NCBI GenBank assembly: GCA_963662335.2
Contig: CAXXVD010000005.1
Coordinates: forward strand, 448,001-512,000
DNA from: Chloroflexota bacterium
Lineage (GTDB): Bacteria; Chloroflexota; UBA11872; VXOZ01
DNA length: 64,000 nt
Direction: 5' to 3'
Part shown: positions 8,960-18,117 of the stretch, one piece after another
How positions within the stretch are numbered: position 1 is the stretch's first letter
How the letters are laid out: the number at the start of each line of letters is the position of its first letter
Made by a program: the position numbers and the translations under genes
The notes under the pieces: model-generated
Databases searched by the model: none
What the model was told of the DNA's origin: nothing
The model's input: only the letters and a program-made list of their open reading frames with translations

Positions 8960-9865
8960 GTGAGTCAACCCCTCATCGAGGCGCAGAACCTCACCAAGCA
9001 CTACGGCAAGACGATCGCGCTGCACGACGTAGACATGCGGGTGCGCGCCGGCATCACCGGCCTGCTGGGGCCGAACGGCGCCGGCAAGAGCACGGCCATG
9101 AAGCTCTTCCTGGGTTTGCTCAGACCCACGGCCGGCGCGGCCACGGTGCTGGGAGAAGCGCCCTACGACAACGTGGCCATTCGCATGAGACTGGGCTACA
9201 TGCCGGAACACGACTGCCTGCCCGACTTCCTCACGGCGTCCGAGTTTCTCAGCCACATGGCCCAGGTGAGCGGCATCCCGCCCAAGCACGCCCGCACCCG
9301 CGCCGCGGACATGCTCCGGCACGTGGGACTGGACGAGGAACGCTACCGCCACCTCAGAGAGTACTCCACCGGCATGAAGCAGCGCGTCAAGCTGGCGCAA
9401 GCCCTGGTGCACGACCCGGTCATGGTGCTACTCGACGAACCGACCGCCGGCCTCGATCCCGCCGGACGGGAAGAGATGCTAGGGCTCGTGCGGCGCACCG
9501 GCCAGGAATTCGGCATCAACATCATGCTTTCGTCCCACCTTATGGGCGACGTGGAGAGCACGTGCGACCGCATCATCGTGATCGAAGGCGGCAGCATCAT
9601 CGAGCAGGGCGACGTGTCTGAGTTCACGCAGGAAACCGAGACGTTCTACATCGATGTGGACGACCGCAGGGAGGAGTTGATCGCCGCGCTCCAGGACCTG
9701 GGCATTCAGTCGAGGATTGCCGGGGCGTCGGTTGCCGTCCGGTTGCGCAGTGAAGATCAGCTTGACGACATCCGGGACGCTCTCGCGCAGACGCAGGCTC
9801 GCTTGCGCAGACTTGCCCCCAGCCGCGGCGAGCTTTCAGACATCTTTCGGAGGAACACGGGGTGA
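8960..9865 (+). CDS. ABC-2 type transporter ATP-binding protein
   Basis: GPNGAGKS, YSTGMKQR, LLDEPT, SSH. Confidence 0.93.
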   Translation: MSQPLIEAQNLTKHYGKTIALHDVDMRVRAGITGLLGPNGAGKSTAMKLFLGLLRPTAGAATVLGEAPYDNVAIRMRLGYMPEHDCLPDFLTASEFLSHMAQVSGIPPKHARTRAADMLRHVGLDEERYRHLREYSTGMKQRVKLAQALVHDPVMVLLDEPTAGLDPAGREEMLGLVRRTGQEFGINIMLSSHLMGDVESTCDRIIVIEGGSIIEQGDVSEFTQETETFYIDVDDRREELIAALQDLGIQSRIAGASVAVRLRSEDQLDDIRDALAQTQARLRRLAPSRGELSDIFRRNTG

Positions 9866-10818
9866 GCCAAGCGCAAGCCGAAATCTACGATCTTGGGTAC
9901 CAGCACTACGACGGGCCGCGCGGCGGCAGAACGCAGGCCTTCCGGTCGCTGTGGGTCAACAGCTTTCGCACCATTCTGGGACTGGGGCGCGGCGGACGCG
10001 CCAAGGTCCTGCCGGCGCTCATGGCGCTCTTCGTCATCGCGCCGCCGGCCGTCTTGCTCGTGCTAGCGGCAATGCTGCCCGTAGCGGAACAGGTGAGCCA
10101 CGCCGATCTCTACACGCTAACGTCAATGCTACTGCTGCTCTTTTCAGCCATCATCGCCCCGGAACTGCTCATACCTGATCGGCGAAATCGTGTCACTACC
10201 CTCTACCTGGTGCGACCGCTCACAGCCTTCGATTACGTCATTGCTCGTTGGTCTGCTTTTCTCACGGTAACGCTTCTGGTCACGCTATTCGGGCAAGTGC
10301 TCGTACTTATCGCTAACTCACTGGCGGCTGAACAAGCAAGAGCATTCCTGCAAGAAAACTGGCTCGACATACCGCGATTCATCTTGGCAGGCGTCATCAT
10401 TACCGTTTTCGTTACCACCATTCCCATGGCGGTGGCGGCGTTTACCGAGCGGCGCGCGTATGCCGCCGCGTTTGTCATTGCCGCCTTTGTGATCACTACG
10501 CCTATGTCGGGACTGCTCACGACCGAATGGTGCGAAAGCTCGGTCACGTTTGCCGTCGAAAACGGAGAGGTTGTCGAAGAGGCGGGTGCAGAAGAGTGCC
10601 GACGCGTAACCGGCGACTACGCCAAATGGTTCGTGCTGCTCGACGTTGGCCGCGCGCCCACGCATCTTGCCGACATGATATTCGACGATGACACCCCGGA
10701 TGACGCCTCCATCCTCGTGGCAGAACTGCCGCCGGCCGTGCCCATTGCCTGGTACGGTCTGCTGGTTATCGGACCGGGCGCATTGCTGCTGTGGCGGTAC
10801 CGGAGAATGAGCATATGA
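9862..10818 (+). CDS. ABC-2 type transporter permease
   Basis: IYDLGYQHYDGPR start, LYLVRPL motif, multiple TM helices, GTGA coupling to the ATPase. Confidence 0.88.
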   Translation: MSQAQAEIYDLGYQHYDGPRGGRTQAFRSLWVNSFRTILGLGRGGRAKVLPALMALFVIAPPAVLLVLAAMLPVAEQVSHADLYTLTSMLLLLFSAIIAPELLIPDRRNRVTTLYLVRPLTAFDYVIARWSAFLTVTLLVTLFGQVLVLIANSLAAEQARAFLQENWLDIPRFILAGVIITVFVTTIPMAVAAFTERRAYAAAFVIAAFVITTPMSGLLTTEWCESSVTFAVENGEVVEEAGAEECRRVTGDYAKWFVLLDVGRAPTHLADMIFDDDTPDDASILVAELPPAVPIAWYGLLVIGPGALLLWRYRRMSI

Positions 10819-11744
10819 CCGCCTCGCAAGACCCAGTCATTTCTGTGGAAAGCGTTTCGAAATGGTACGGCAGCGTTGTGGCCGTCAATGAGGTTTCGTT
10901 CGGAATTGAGCCGGGCGTCACCGGCCTGCTGGGGCCCAACGGCGCCGGCAAGACCACCCTTCTCAAGATGATCGAGGGCCTCGCCGCCCCGTCGGACGGC
11001 GCGGTGACCATCTTTGGCGAAACGCCGCGCAACAACCCGGACCTGTTTAGGCGCGTCGGCGTCATGTCGGAGCATGAAGCGGTCTACGGCTTCCAGACCG
11101 GCCGGCAATTTGTGGCGTGGTCCGCCAAGCTGCACGGCGTCACGGCCATTGCGGAAGCAACCGCCCGCGCCATCGAGCGCGTGGGCCTGAGCGACGCGCA
11201 AGACCGGCCGCTGGGCACCTACTCGCGCGGCATGAGGCAACGCATGAGACTGGCGGCGGCAATCGTGCACGAACCGGAAGCGATCATCCTCGATGAACCG
11301 CTGAACGGCACCGACCCGCGCCAACGCATCGAGTTCCACGACCTCATGCGCCAACTGGCGGACGAAGGCCGTACGATCCTGATCTCCTCGCACATTCTCG
11401 AAGAGGTCGAAACGCTCGCCGACCGCATTCTGCTCATGGTGAGCGGCAAGTTGGCCGCTTCCGGCGACTACCGCGCCATTCGCGCCAAGCTGGACGAGCA
11501 GCCTTACAACGTGCGCATCGTCTCCAGCGACCCGCGCCGGTTGGCGGCGGCGCTCATCGAGCTCGAGAGCATCGAATCGGTCGCTCTGGGCGCAGACAAC
11601 GACGTAATCGTCTTGAGCAAGAACGTGGCTGTCCTGCAACGCTCGCTCCCCCGCATCGCCAAAGACCGCGGCATTCGCCTCGAGCGGGTTGAGCCGCTGG
11701 ACGAATCGCTCGAGAGCGTCTTCAGCTACATCGTGGAGGGCTAG
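10815..11744 (+). CDS. ABC-2 type transporter ATP-binding protein
   Basis: GPNGAGKT, YSRGMRQR, ILDEPL, SSH; ATGA coupling. Confidence 0.93.
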   Translation: MTASQDPVISVESVSKWYGSVVAVNEVSFGIEPGVTGLLGPNGAGKTTLLKMIEGLAAPSDGAVTIFGETPRNNPDLFRRVGVMSEHEAVYGFQTGRQFVAWSAKLHGVTAIAEATARAIERVGLSDAQDRPLGTYSRGMRQRMRLAAAIVHEPEAIILDEPLNGTDPRQRIEFHDLMRQLADEGRTILISSHILEEVETLADRILLMVSGKLAASGDYRAIRAKLDEQPYNVRIVSSDPRRLAAALIELESIESVALGADNDVIVLSKNVAVLQRSLPRIAKDRGIRLERVEPLDESLESVFSYIVEG

Positions 11745-12467
11745 ATGGCTGAGATATTTCTTCTCTCCCTGCGGCAGCTTATGGGGCGGTGGCGCGTGCT
11801 CGTCATCCTGCTGCTCGCCGCGCTGCCAACGCTCCTCGTGCTGCTGATCAGATGGATCGGCGAGGGCGATATTGCCTTTCATGAAGAGTTCGTTGGCCTC
11901 ATCATCGACGTCATGATCACCGGCGGCATCATGCCCATCGTGACCATGACGCTGGCCGCCGCGGCCTTTGGCAACGAACTGGAAGACAAGACGCTCTACT
12001 ACCTTGTCCTCAAGCCGGTTGCGCGGCTTTCGATCGTGGCGGCCAAGCTGCTGGCGGTGCTGGTGGTTGCCCTGCCGCTGGTGGTGGCGAGCGGCGTCGC
12101 GGCGTCGGCCCTGGTGGGCGCGGAGGCCCGCATCCTGGGCACGCTCGCGCTCGCGCTGGCGGCGGGCGTGACCGCCTACGCGACAATCTTCACCTTTGCC
12201 GGTCTCCTCACCCCGCGCGCGCTGGCCTACGGCTTGGTGTACGTGCTGGTGTGGGAGGGCCTGCTGAGCACCATCGTGAGCGGCGTGCGCTACCTCAGCG
12301 TGCGCGGCTATACGCTGGCGCTGCTCCACGGCCTTGACGAGACCGGCTTCAGCGACTTGGCGGAGCGCGTCATCGAATTTCCCGCCGCCATCGTCGGCAC
12401 CAGCGCCGTGATCGTGGTCTTCTTCCTGCTGGCGCTCTACCGCCTGCGCACCATGGACGTGCCTTAG
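11745..12467 (+). CDS. ABC-2 type transporter permease
   Basis: ELEDKTLYYLVLKPVAR motif, about 6 TM helices, abuts the ATPase gene. Confidence 0.88.
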   Translation: MAEIFLLSLRQLMGRWRVLVILLLAALPTLLVLLIRWIGEGDIAFHEEFVGLIIDVMITGGIMPIVTMTLAAAAFGNELEDKTLYYLVLKPVARLSIVAAKLLAVLVVALPLVVASGVAASALVGAEARILGTLALALAAGVTAYATIFTFAGLLTPRALAYGLVYVLVWEGLLSTIVSGVRYLSVRGYTLALLHGLDETGFSDLAERVIEFPAAIVGTSAVIVVFFLLALYRLRTMDVP

Positions 12468-12592
12468 GGGCCGATGGGCTAGACGATGTGGCGTACCACA
12501 GCTTAGGGCTGTGAAGACTCGCTGTGTGTTCTGTCCGTTCAGTAATTGCTGGCTGCGGACCACGTCGCGCCGGAGATAACCAGTCTTCGCGC

Positions 12593-13339
12593 TCATTGCA
12601 AGAGATAGGGAGCTAATTCAGAAAGCGATGTGACTTCCAAATCAGGTTGAGCATCATTCTTGTTACGTACTGAACCGTCCCGATTCAGCCACACCGAGGT
12701 AAGACCGGCCCCATTCGCTCCAGCAACGTCAGCCGCCAGGCTATCCCCCACGTGCCATACATGCTTGCCGGATACACCAAGATCCTCAAGCGCAAAAGTA
12801 AACGCACGCTTGTCCGGTTTGGCTATGCCAGTCTCCCCAGAGATGGAGAAGGCGCTGAACAAATCGGCAATTCCCATAGCCTCGATCTTGTTTCGCTGTG
12901 TGTCGGCGGCGCCATTCGTCACCAGAGCTATTGGGACCCGTGCCTGCCGCACTGCCGCAATCAGTCCCGCTACGTCCCCGAATGGCTGATAAGAATCCCA
13001 GGCAAAGCGCACGTGTGTCTTGGCTGCAAATTGAGCGAGTGATTCCTCGTTGTAGCCACACGCCTGAAGTGTCCTGCGCCAGGTTTCAAGCGTGAGTTCG
13101 GCGCCGCTCAATCTGCCGAGTGTCCAAGCGCCATGGGTCTCTGGTCCAAAGGCGCTGAACACCGCGCGATTGGCCTCCTGCAGTCGCTTGGCCTCTAGTT
13201 CCGGCCGCAGCGACGCAAGCTCCTCGCACGTGCGAACGACGGATTGCGGAAATGAGCTACCGTCCAGCAGTGTATCGTCCAAATCAAGAAGAAGCGCGAC
13301 TATTCGTTTCACGTACAGCCTCAGCGAGAACTCGCTCAA
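12593..13339 (-). CDS. HAD-superfamily hydrolase (subfamily IA)
   Basis: DLDDTL, VTNG, AKPD and HVGDSLAADVAGA motifs; start may be GTG at 13312. Confidence 0.9.
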   Translation of the reverse strand: MSEFSLRLYVKRIVALLLDLDDTLLDGSSFPQSVVRTCEELASLRPELEAKRLQEANRAVFSAFGPETHGAWTLGRLSGAELTLETWRRTLQACGYNEESLAQFAAKTHVRFAWDSYQPFGDVAGLIAAVRQARVPIALVTNGAADTQRNKIEAMGIADLFSAFSISGETGIAKPDKRAFTFALEDLGVSGKHVWHVGDSLAADVAGANGAGLTSVWLNRDGSVRNKNDAQPDLEVTSLSELAPYLLQ

Positions 13340-13392
13340 ACTTCGTAGAGCGGAGGCACATCTCTCTACGGATCGCTCAACCCTGTACTATC

Positions 13393-14319
13393 TCACCCGG
13401 TCTCGATTCGACCGAAGTCCCGCAGCGTCCGCAGCGTCCGCAGCGTAATGCGCGCCTGCCACTCTCGTTTGGCAATCTCCCAGGCCGCCGGGGGTTGGTC
13501 TTCCCACGAGAAGGTGGGCGACCACGCGCCGTCCGCGCCCTGCTGCTCGAGCTCGTAGTCCAGGTTCATCGCCACCGCATCCGCCAGCCCGGCCGCCAGC
13601 GGCGCATCCGGCGACGGCGCCACGTCCAAGGGCCTGAGCACGTAGCCGCTCAATTGCTCCCGCTCCCGGGCGACGCCGCGCTCCGCGGCCGCGGCCACTT
13701 TCGCCCAAATGCGCTCGCGTAGAGACCGGGGCAGCGCTTCGGTCTGCGCCAAGCTGGCAAAGCAGAGCACGTCGTGCATCTCCATCTCGTCCGGCAGCGA
13801 GTCCAGGTGCGCGAAGACCGCCGCCGTCAACGTCTCGACTAGCGCCGGCGGCACGAGCGCGCTATAGTCGTGCAAGTACCCCACAATCTCAACCCGTGGA
13901 TTCACCAGGAATCCCCCAAAGCCCGCCGCGCTCGCCGCGTAGTCCCACCAGGGCGCATGGGGCGCGTCTTCAACTTCCGGCGGCACAATCGGCCACACCT
14001 GCCGGGACTCGTCGTAGGTTTCAAGCAGATACGCCATTCCCCGCCGCACCATCTCGTGCTCCGCGGGCACGCCCAATGACCGGAAGTTCTGAAACGCCAC
14101 CGTCGTCGCAATCACCGACGACGCCGGTGTCCTGAGATCCGGTTCCAGACCGTGCCCGAAACCGCCGTCCTCGTTCTGGTACGCCGCCAGCGCCGCGAGC
14201 ACGCCGTCCGCAGCCCCGCCATCGAAGTGGAAAGCCAAGAGCGCCCGGTCTAAGTCCCTTCCCTGTTCCCTGACGAAAGCCTTTGCTCGCTGAAATGCCG
14301 CCTGCGTCAGTTTCTGCAT
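13393..14319 (-). CDS. Prenyltransferase/squalene-oxidase-repeat-like conserved protein
   Basis: YQNEDGGFGHGLEPD and QQGADGAW QW-like repeats, HAPWW motif. Confidence 0.72.
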   Translation of the reverse strand: MQKLTQAAFQRAKAFVREQGRDLDRALLAFHFDGGAADGVLAALAAYQNEDGGFGHGLEPDLRTPASSVIATTVAFQNFRSLGVPAEHEMVRRGMAYLLETYDESRQVWPIVPPEVEDAPHAPWWDYAASAAGFGGFLVNPRVEIVGYLHDYSALVPPALVETLTAAVFAHLDSLPDEMEMHDVLCFASLAQTEALPRSLRERIWAKVAAAAERGVAREREQLSGYVLRPLDVAPSPDAPLAAGLADAVAMNLDYELEQQGADGAWSPTFSWEDQPPAAWEIAKREWQARITLRTLRTLRDFGRIETG

Positions 14320-14628
14320 CGTCCCTCCTTATCTCCACCCGCATGCCATCGAGCGCACAGTCTCAATTGCGTCCAAACGCATAACTTTGGAGAATGCGCA
14401 GCCGGTTCACTCCATAGTATCCTATCTTCCCTTGCCAAATGAACGCCCATAGGACACGCAGCCGCCACTAGTCAAGTCCTTGACAATTGCGCCGGCCTCA
14501 GTGTCGCTGCTATACTGCGGGCGAAGCGGCTCGATGGAGCGGAAGGAGGTGGCGTACAGCGCAGCGTGGGCCGCACAGAGACCAGTGTCTTTCCACAGAC
14601 GGTCTATTCCTCTTAGAGGAGGGTAACG

Positions 14629-15975
14629 ATGGCGAATACACTTTCTCGGCGCACAATCCTGCGCGGCGCGCTGGTGGGCGGCGCGGCCGCGTTTGCGGCG
14701 GCCTGCGGCGCGGTGCCGGTGGCGACGGAAACGGCGGAAGCCCCCGACGCGCCCAAGGCGGCGGAGGCCGCGCCCAAGGACGAAGGCCCCAAGACGATCA
14801 ACTTCCTGCACGTGCTGGAAGGCCAGAACGAGACCTGGCGCAACGGCTGGGCGGAGGTGGTAGAGACGTTCGAGGCGAAGAATCCCGACCAGAAGATCGC
14901 GATTGCCGACTCTGCGTTTGGCGAACTGCCGACCAAAGCGGCGGCGGCCCAGGCCGGCGGCATCAAGTTCGACATCATCTACGGCTACTTTGGCTGGGTG
15001 GGCACCTTTGTCGCGGGCAACATCGTCCAGCCCCTCGATCCCATCATTGCCACGGACCCCGAAATCGACCCCGCCAACTTCCACGAGGCCGCCAAGTGGA
15101 TCCACAAAGGCCAGAACTACGGCGTGGCCTGGTGGATCAACTCGCGGGAGATCTGGTACAACAAGAGCCTGATCGTCAACGCCGGTCTCAAGACCCCGAC
15201 CGAGCTCGAGGCCGAGGGCAATTGGACCTGGGATGCCGCTTTGGAAGCGGCCATCAAGCTGACCAAGGTCGAAGGCGATGAAGTCGTGGTAGGCGGCATG
15301 GGCACCCAGCCGCACGTTCCCTCTGTGCTGACGTACTACTCCTGGGCGTGGGGGGCCGAATTCTGGAATCCGGATTGCACGCAGGCCGGCTTCGGTAGCG
15401 ATGCCTTCCGCGAGGCGGTGCAGTTCCAAGCGGATACCTTCACCAAGCATCGCGTGCAGGGCGGCAACTATTTCGAGGGCAACACGGCTATCTATCACAC
15501 CGGTCACTTCCAGATCCGGCGCATCAACGAGCAGGTCACGCCGACGAACCTGTTCGAAGTCGGCATGGCGCCGACTCCAAATGGGCCCGGCGGGCGTAAA
15601 GCCGCCTATGCCGTGGTCGCCATCCACCTCGGTTCTCAGGCGGAAAACGCCGAGGGCGGCTGGGAGTTCATCAAGCACACGGTGATCGGCGACCTGCAGG
15701 AGATCTGGATCCCGCAGGGCGGCGGCCGCTACCCGGCGGACCTGCGCCGCGAGCCGATTACGACCAAGGACTATGAGGACGCCAGCGTCTATAAGACGAT
15801 GGCGGCAGTCGCCAACGCGACGCCCACGCTCATCCAACAGGGCGACTTCAACGACATCTGGCGCAACGAGACGTGGCCGGCAATCTTAGAAGGCGCTATC
15901 ACGGTGCCTGAAGCGCTACAGAAGACGCAGGACCAGGTCCAGGGTTGGCTGGACGACCGCGGTTGCCTCTGGTAG
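14629..15975 (+). CDS. Extracellular solute-binding protein (ABC, carbohydrate family), Tat lipoprotein
   Basis: SRRTIL twin-Arg, AAACG lipobox, Ala/Pro/Glu linker, WYNKSL and WTWD motifs; GGAGG RBS; TGCTATACT extended -10 at 14508-14516. Confidence 0.9.
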   Translation: MANTLSRRTILRGALVGGAAAFAAACGAVPVATETAEAPDAPKAAEAAPKDEGPKTINFLHVLEGQNETWRNGWAEVVETFEAKNPDQKIAIADSAFGELPTKAAAAQAGGIKFDIIYGYFGWVGTFVAGNIVQPLDPIIATDPEIDPANFHEAAKWIHKGQNYGVAWWINSREIWYNKSLIVNAGLKTPTELEAEGNWTWDAALEAAIKLTKVEGDEVVVGGMGTQPHVPSVLTYYSWAWGAEFWNPDCTQAGFGSDAFREAVQFQADTFTKHRVQGGNYFEGNTAIYHTGHFQIRRINEQVTPTNLFEVGMAPTPNGPGGRKAAYAVVAIHLGSQAENAEGGWEFIKHTVIGDLQEIWIPQGGGRYPADLRREPITTKDYEDASVYKTMAAVANATPTLIQQGDFNDIWRNETWPAILEGAITVPEALQKTQDQVQGWLDDRGCLW

Positions 15976-15985
15976 ACCCGACGAA

Positions 15986-16021
15986 AGAACCAGGGGAACA
16001 CGGCCGTGTTCCCCTGGTTCT
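15986..16021. terminator. 36-bp perfect palindrome after SBP gene
   Basis: AGAACCAGGGGAACACGGCCGTGTTCCCCTGGTTCT. Confidence 0.65.
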
Positions 16022-16126
16022 CTGCTTAATGCAATACTCGTACTGGGCCTGCGGGCGCGCGTGCGCCGGCGAGTGAAAGGGGCCCAAACTGCGCCTGGCA
16101 CCTTTGCAAACAGGGAGAAGCGAACC

Positions 16127-17056
16127 ATGGCTCGCCTGGCAAACGTTGCGGTCTGCTCCACGCCAAATACGGTTCTTGGCGAGAGCGACGAAGAGCGTTA
16201 CGAATTCAACCTGAGTAAAGCGGAGGAACTGCTCCACGAGGCCGCCGCGCAAGGGGCGGACATCGCCTGCCTACCCGAGGCGTTTCCCGTGCGCGGCATC
16301 GCATCCGGCGGCACTGACGAACGCTGGTACGAGCCCGTGCCCGGCGGCGAGACCTACCGGCGCATGGCGGCGGTGGCGCGGCAGCGCGGCATGTACGTCG
16401 TGGCGCCCATTCTCGGCATGGAAGACGGCCGGCGCCGCAACGTGGCCATGGTCATCGACCGCAACGGCGAGTACGTCGGCGGCTACAACAAGGTCCATAT
16501 CACGGTCACAGAGGATGAAGCGTGGGGCATCACCCCCGGCGACTCCTGGCCGGTTTTCGACCTGGACTTCGGCAAGATCGGCGTCACCATCTGCTACGAC
16601 GTCTTCTTCCCGGAGGGCTACCGCATCCTCGCACTCAAGGGCGCGGACGTCATCTACCATCCCACCATGTACAGCATGTACGGCGAGGTGGGCTGGGAGG
16701 CCGTCATACAGTCCCGCGCAATCGACAACTGCCTCTACGTCTGTCCGGTGAACTACGGCTTCACCGACCATGAGCCCTGGATGCCGGGCATGTGCCTGAA
16801 TCGCAGCAGCGTGATTGGGCCGGACGGAATCTCCCTGGCCGACCGCGGCCGCTACTGGGGCGTGGCCATGGCCGCGCTCGACCTCGACCGCCCCCGCATG
16901 GTCTACCGGGGCGGCTCGACGGGCCTCGCCAGTTTCCGTGAAGACGCCTGGAACCACCGCCGGCCGGATACCTACCGGGAACTCTTGGACTACGGATATT
17001 GGGTAGACGGTCAGGGCCGGCAGGCGGCTGCGCAACCGGCTGAGGTAGAGGCCTAG
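16127..17056 (+). CDS. Carbon-nitrogen hydrolase (nitrilase superfamily)
   Basis: Glu-Lys-Cys triad in CLPE, YNKVH, ICYD. Confidence 0.92.
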   Translation: MARLANVAVCSTPNTVLGESDEERYEFNLSKAEELLHEAAAQGADIACLPEAFPVRGIASGGTDERWYEPVPGGETYRRMAAVARQRGMYVVAPILGMEDGRRRNVAMVIDRNGEYVGGYNKVHITVTEDEAWGITPGDSWPVFDLDFGKIGVTICYDVFFPEGYRILALKGADVIYHPTMYSMYGEVGWEAVIQSRAIDNCLYVCPVNYGFTDHEPWMPGMCLNRSSVIGPDGISLADRGRYWGVAMAALDLDRPRMVYRGGSTGLASFREDAWNHRRPDTYRELLDYGYWVDGQGRQAAAQPAEVEA

Positions 17057-17156
17057 GTTCCCCGACTCGCCACCAGAACACCTGGGCTCGGTCGATGTAC
17101 TCTTGCCAGCGCGAGAGCGAGCCCCGCTGAAAAGCCGTAGCGCGAGGGCTTCTCCC

Positions 17157-17318
17157 CAATGGTGTCGCATTAACGTAGCGCGGGGGCTTGTCCACCGCCG
17201 GAGCAATTGAAACTGACACGTAAAGGATTGCCCTAACAGCTTCGCAGGTTACAAACCTGCGCTACCGGGGAATTTGGACGCGAGTTTTGCCGCCGTGCTG
17301 TTTAATGCGACAGCATTA
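17157..17318. mobile_element. Putative 162-bp MITE with IS4-like ends inserted in a REP
   Basis: Ends CAATGGTGTCGCATTAA / TTAATGCGACAGCATTA (15/17 inverted match); flanked by GGGCTTCTCCC (17146-17156) and GGGCTTGTCCC (17319-17329). Confidence 0.55.
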
Positions 17319-17448
17319 GGGCTTGTCCCCCGCCTCTTAACGAGTGTGGCAAAGACCGTCTAAGGTTATGAGATCCGATCCCTCTTGTCGCGGCGGTTCA
17401 CAGCTGATGCCGCAGATGTAGCAATCTTTCTTGAAAGGAGACAGTCGC

Positions 17449-18117
17449 ATGCTCATCGACACCGACGATTTCGTCACACAGCGCATCGCTGCGGACGAAA
17501 CGCTTGAACCGGAGAAGACCGCACTCATCATCATCGACATGATGAACCGCTTCTGCAATCCGGTGTGGCTGGCGCAGGGCGACCACCAAAGAGCCGAGTG
17601 GTTCGCGCGCGAGCTTGATTGCGTGATACCCAACGTCACCGACGCGCTCCACACGTTTCGCGCGGCCGGCGCGCTTATCGTCCACGCCGTCTGCGCCCGG
17701 TGGACGCTGGACAAACGCGACGCCCCGCTGCACATGCGCGCACGAGACTATGACCTCTTCGATACTCCCGCCATGTCGGTGATCGACCAGTTAGCGCCCC
17801 TGCCCGGCGAAATCCTGATCCGCAAGACAACCGGCTCCGTCTTTACCGGCACGGGCCTGGAATACCTGCTGCGCCAAGCCGGCATCGAAAACGTGGCGCT
17901 CTGCGGCCAGTACGGCAGCGCCTGCGTCTTCTACTCCCTGATACAAAGCCGGGAATTCGGCTTCAAAAAGCGGCTCTGGCTGGAGGACTGCATCCTCTAT
18001 GGCAGTGAAACGAGTAAGCACCTCTTCCCCGCCCTGGTCGGCCAGCATTGGGCCACATTGGCAAACCGGGAAGAGGTAAGCCGCGCGCTCGCGCCGGTCG
18101 CCGCAGCAGCCGGCTAA
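17449..18117 (+). CDS. Isochorismatase-family cysteine hydrolase
   Basis: IIDMMN (Asp), IRKTT (Lys), SACV (Cys); AGGAG RBS. Confidence 0.9.
   Translation: MLIDTDDFVTQRIAADETLEPEKTALIIIDMMNRFCNPVWLAQGDHQRAEWFARELDCVIPNVTDALHTFRAAGALIVHAVCARWTLDKRDAPLHMRARDYDLFDTPAMSVIDQLAPLPGEILIRKTTGSVFTGTGLEYLLRQAGIENVALCGQYGSACVFYSLIQSREFGFKKRLWLEDCILYGSETSKHLFPALVGQHWATLANREEVSRALAPVAAAAG

Noticed and set aside
12468-12592. Possible small RNA between convergent genes
   Set aside because: Only a short hairpin (CACAGC..GCTGTG); no RNA family features I can support.
13421-13447. 9-bp tandem repeat CGCAGCGTC
   Set aside because: Encodes LRTLRTLR within a CDS; short coding repeat with no sign of phase variation.
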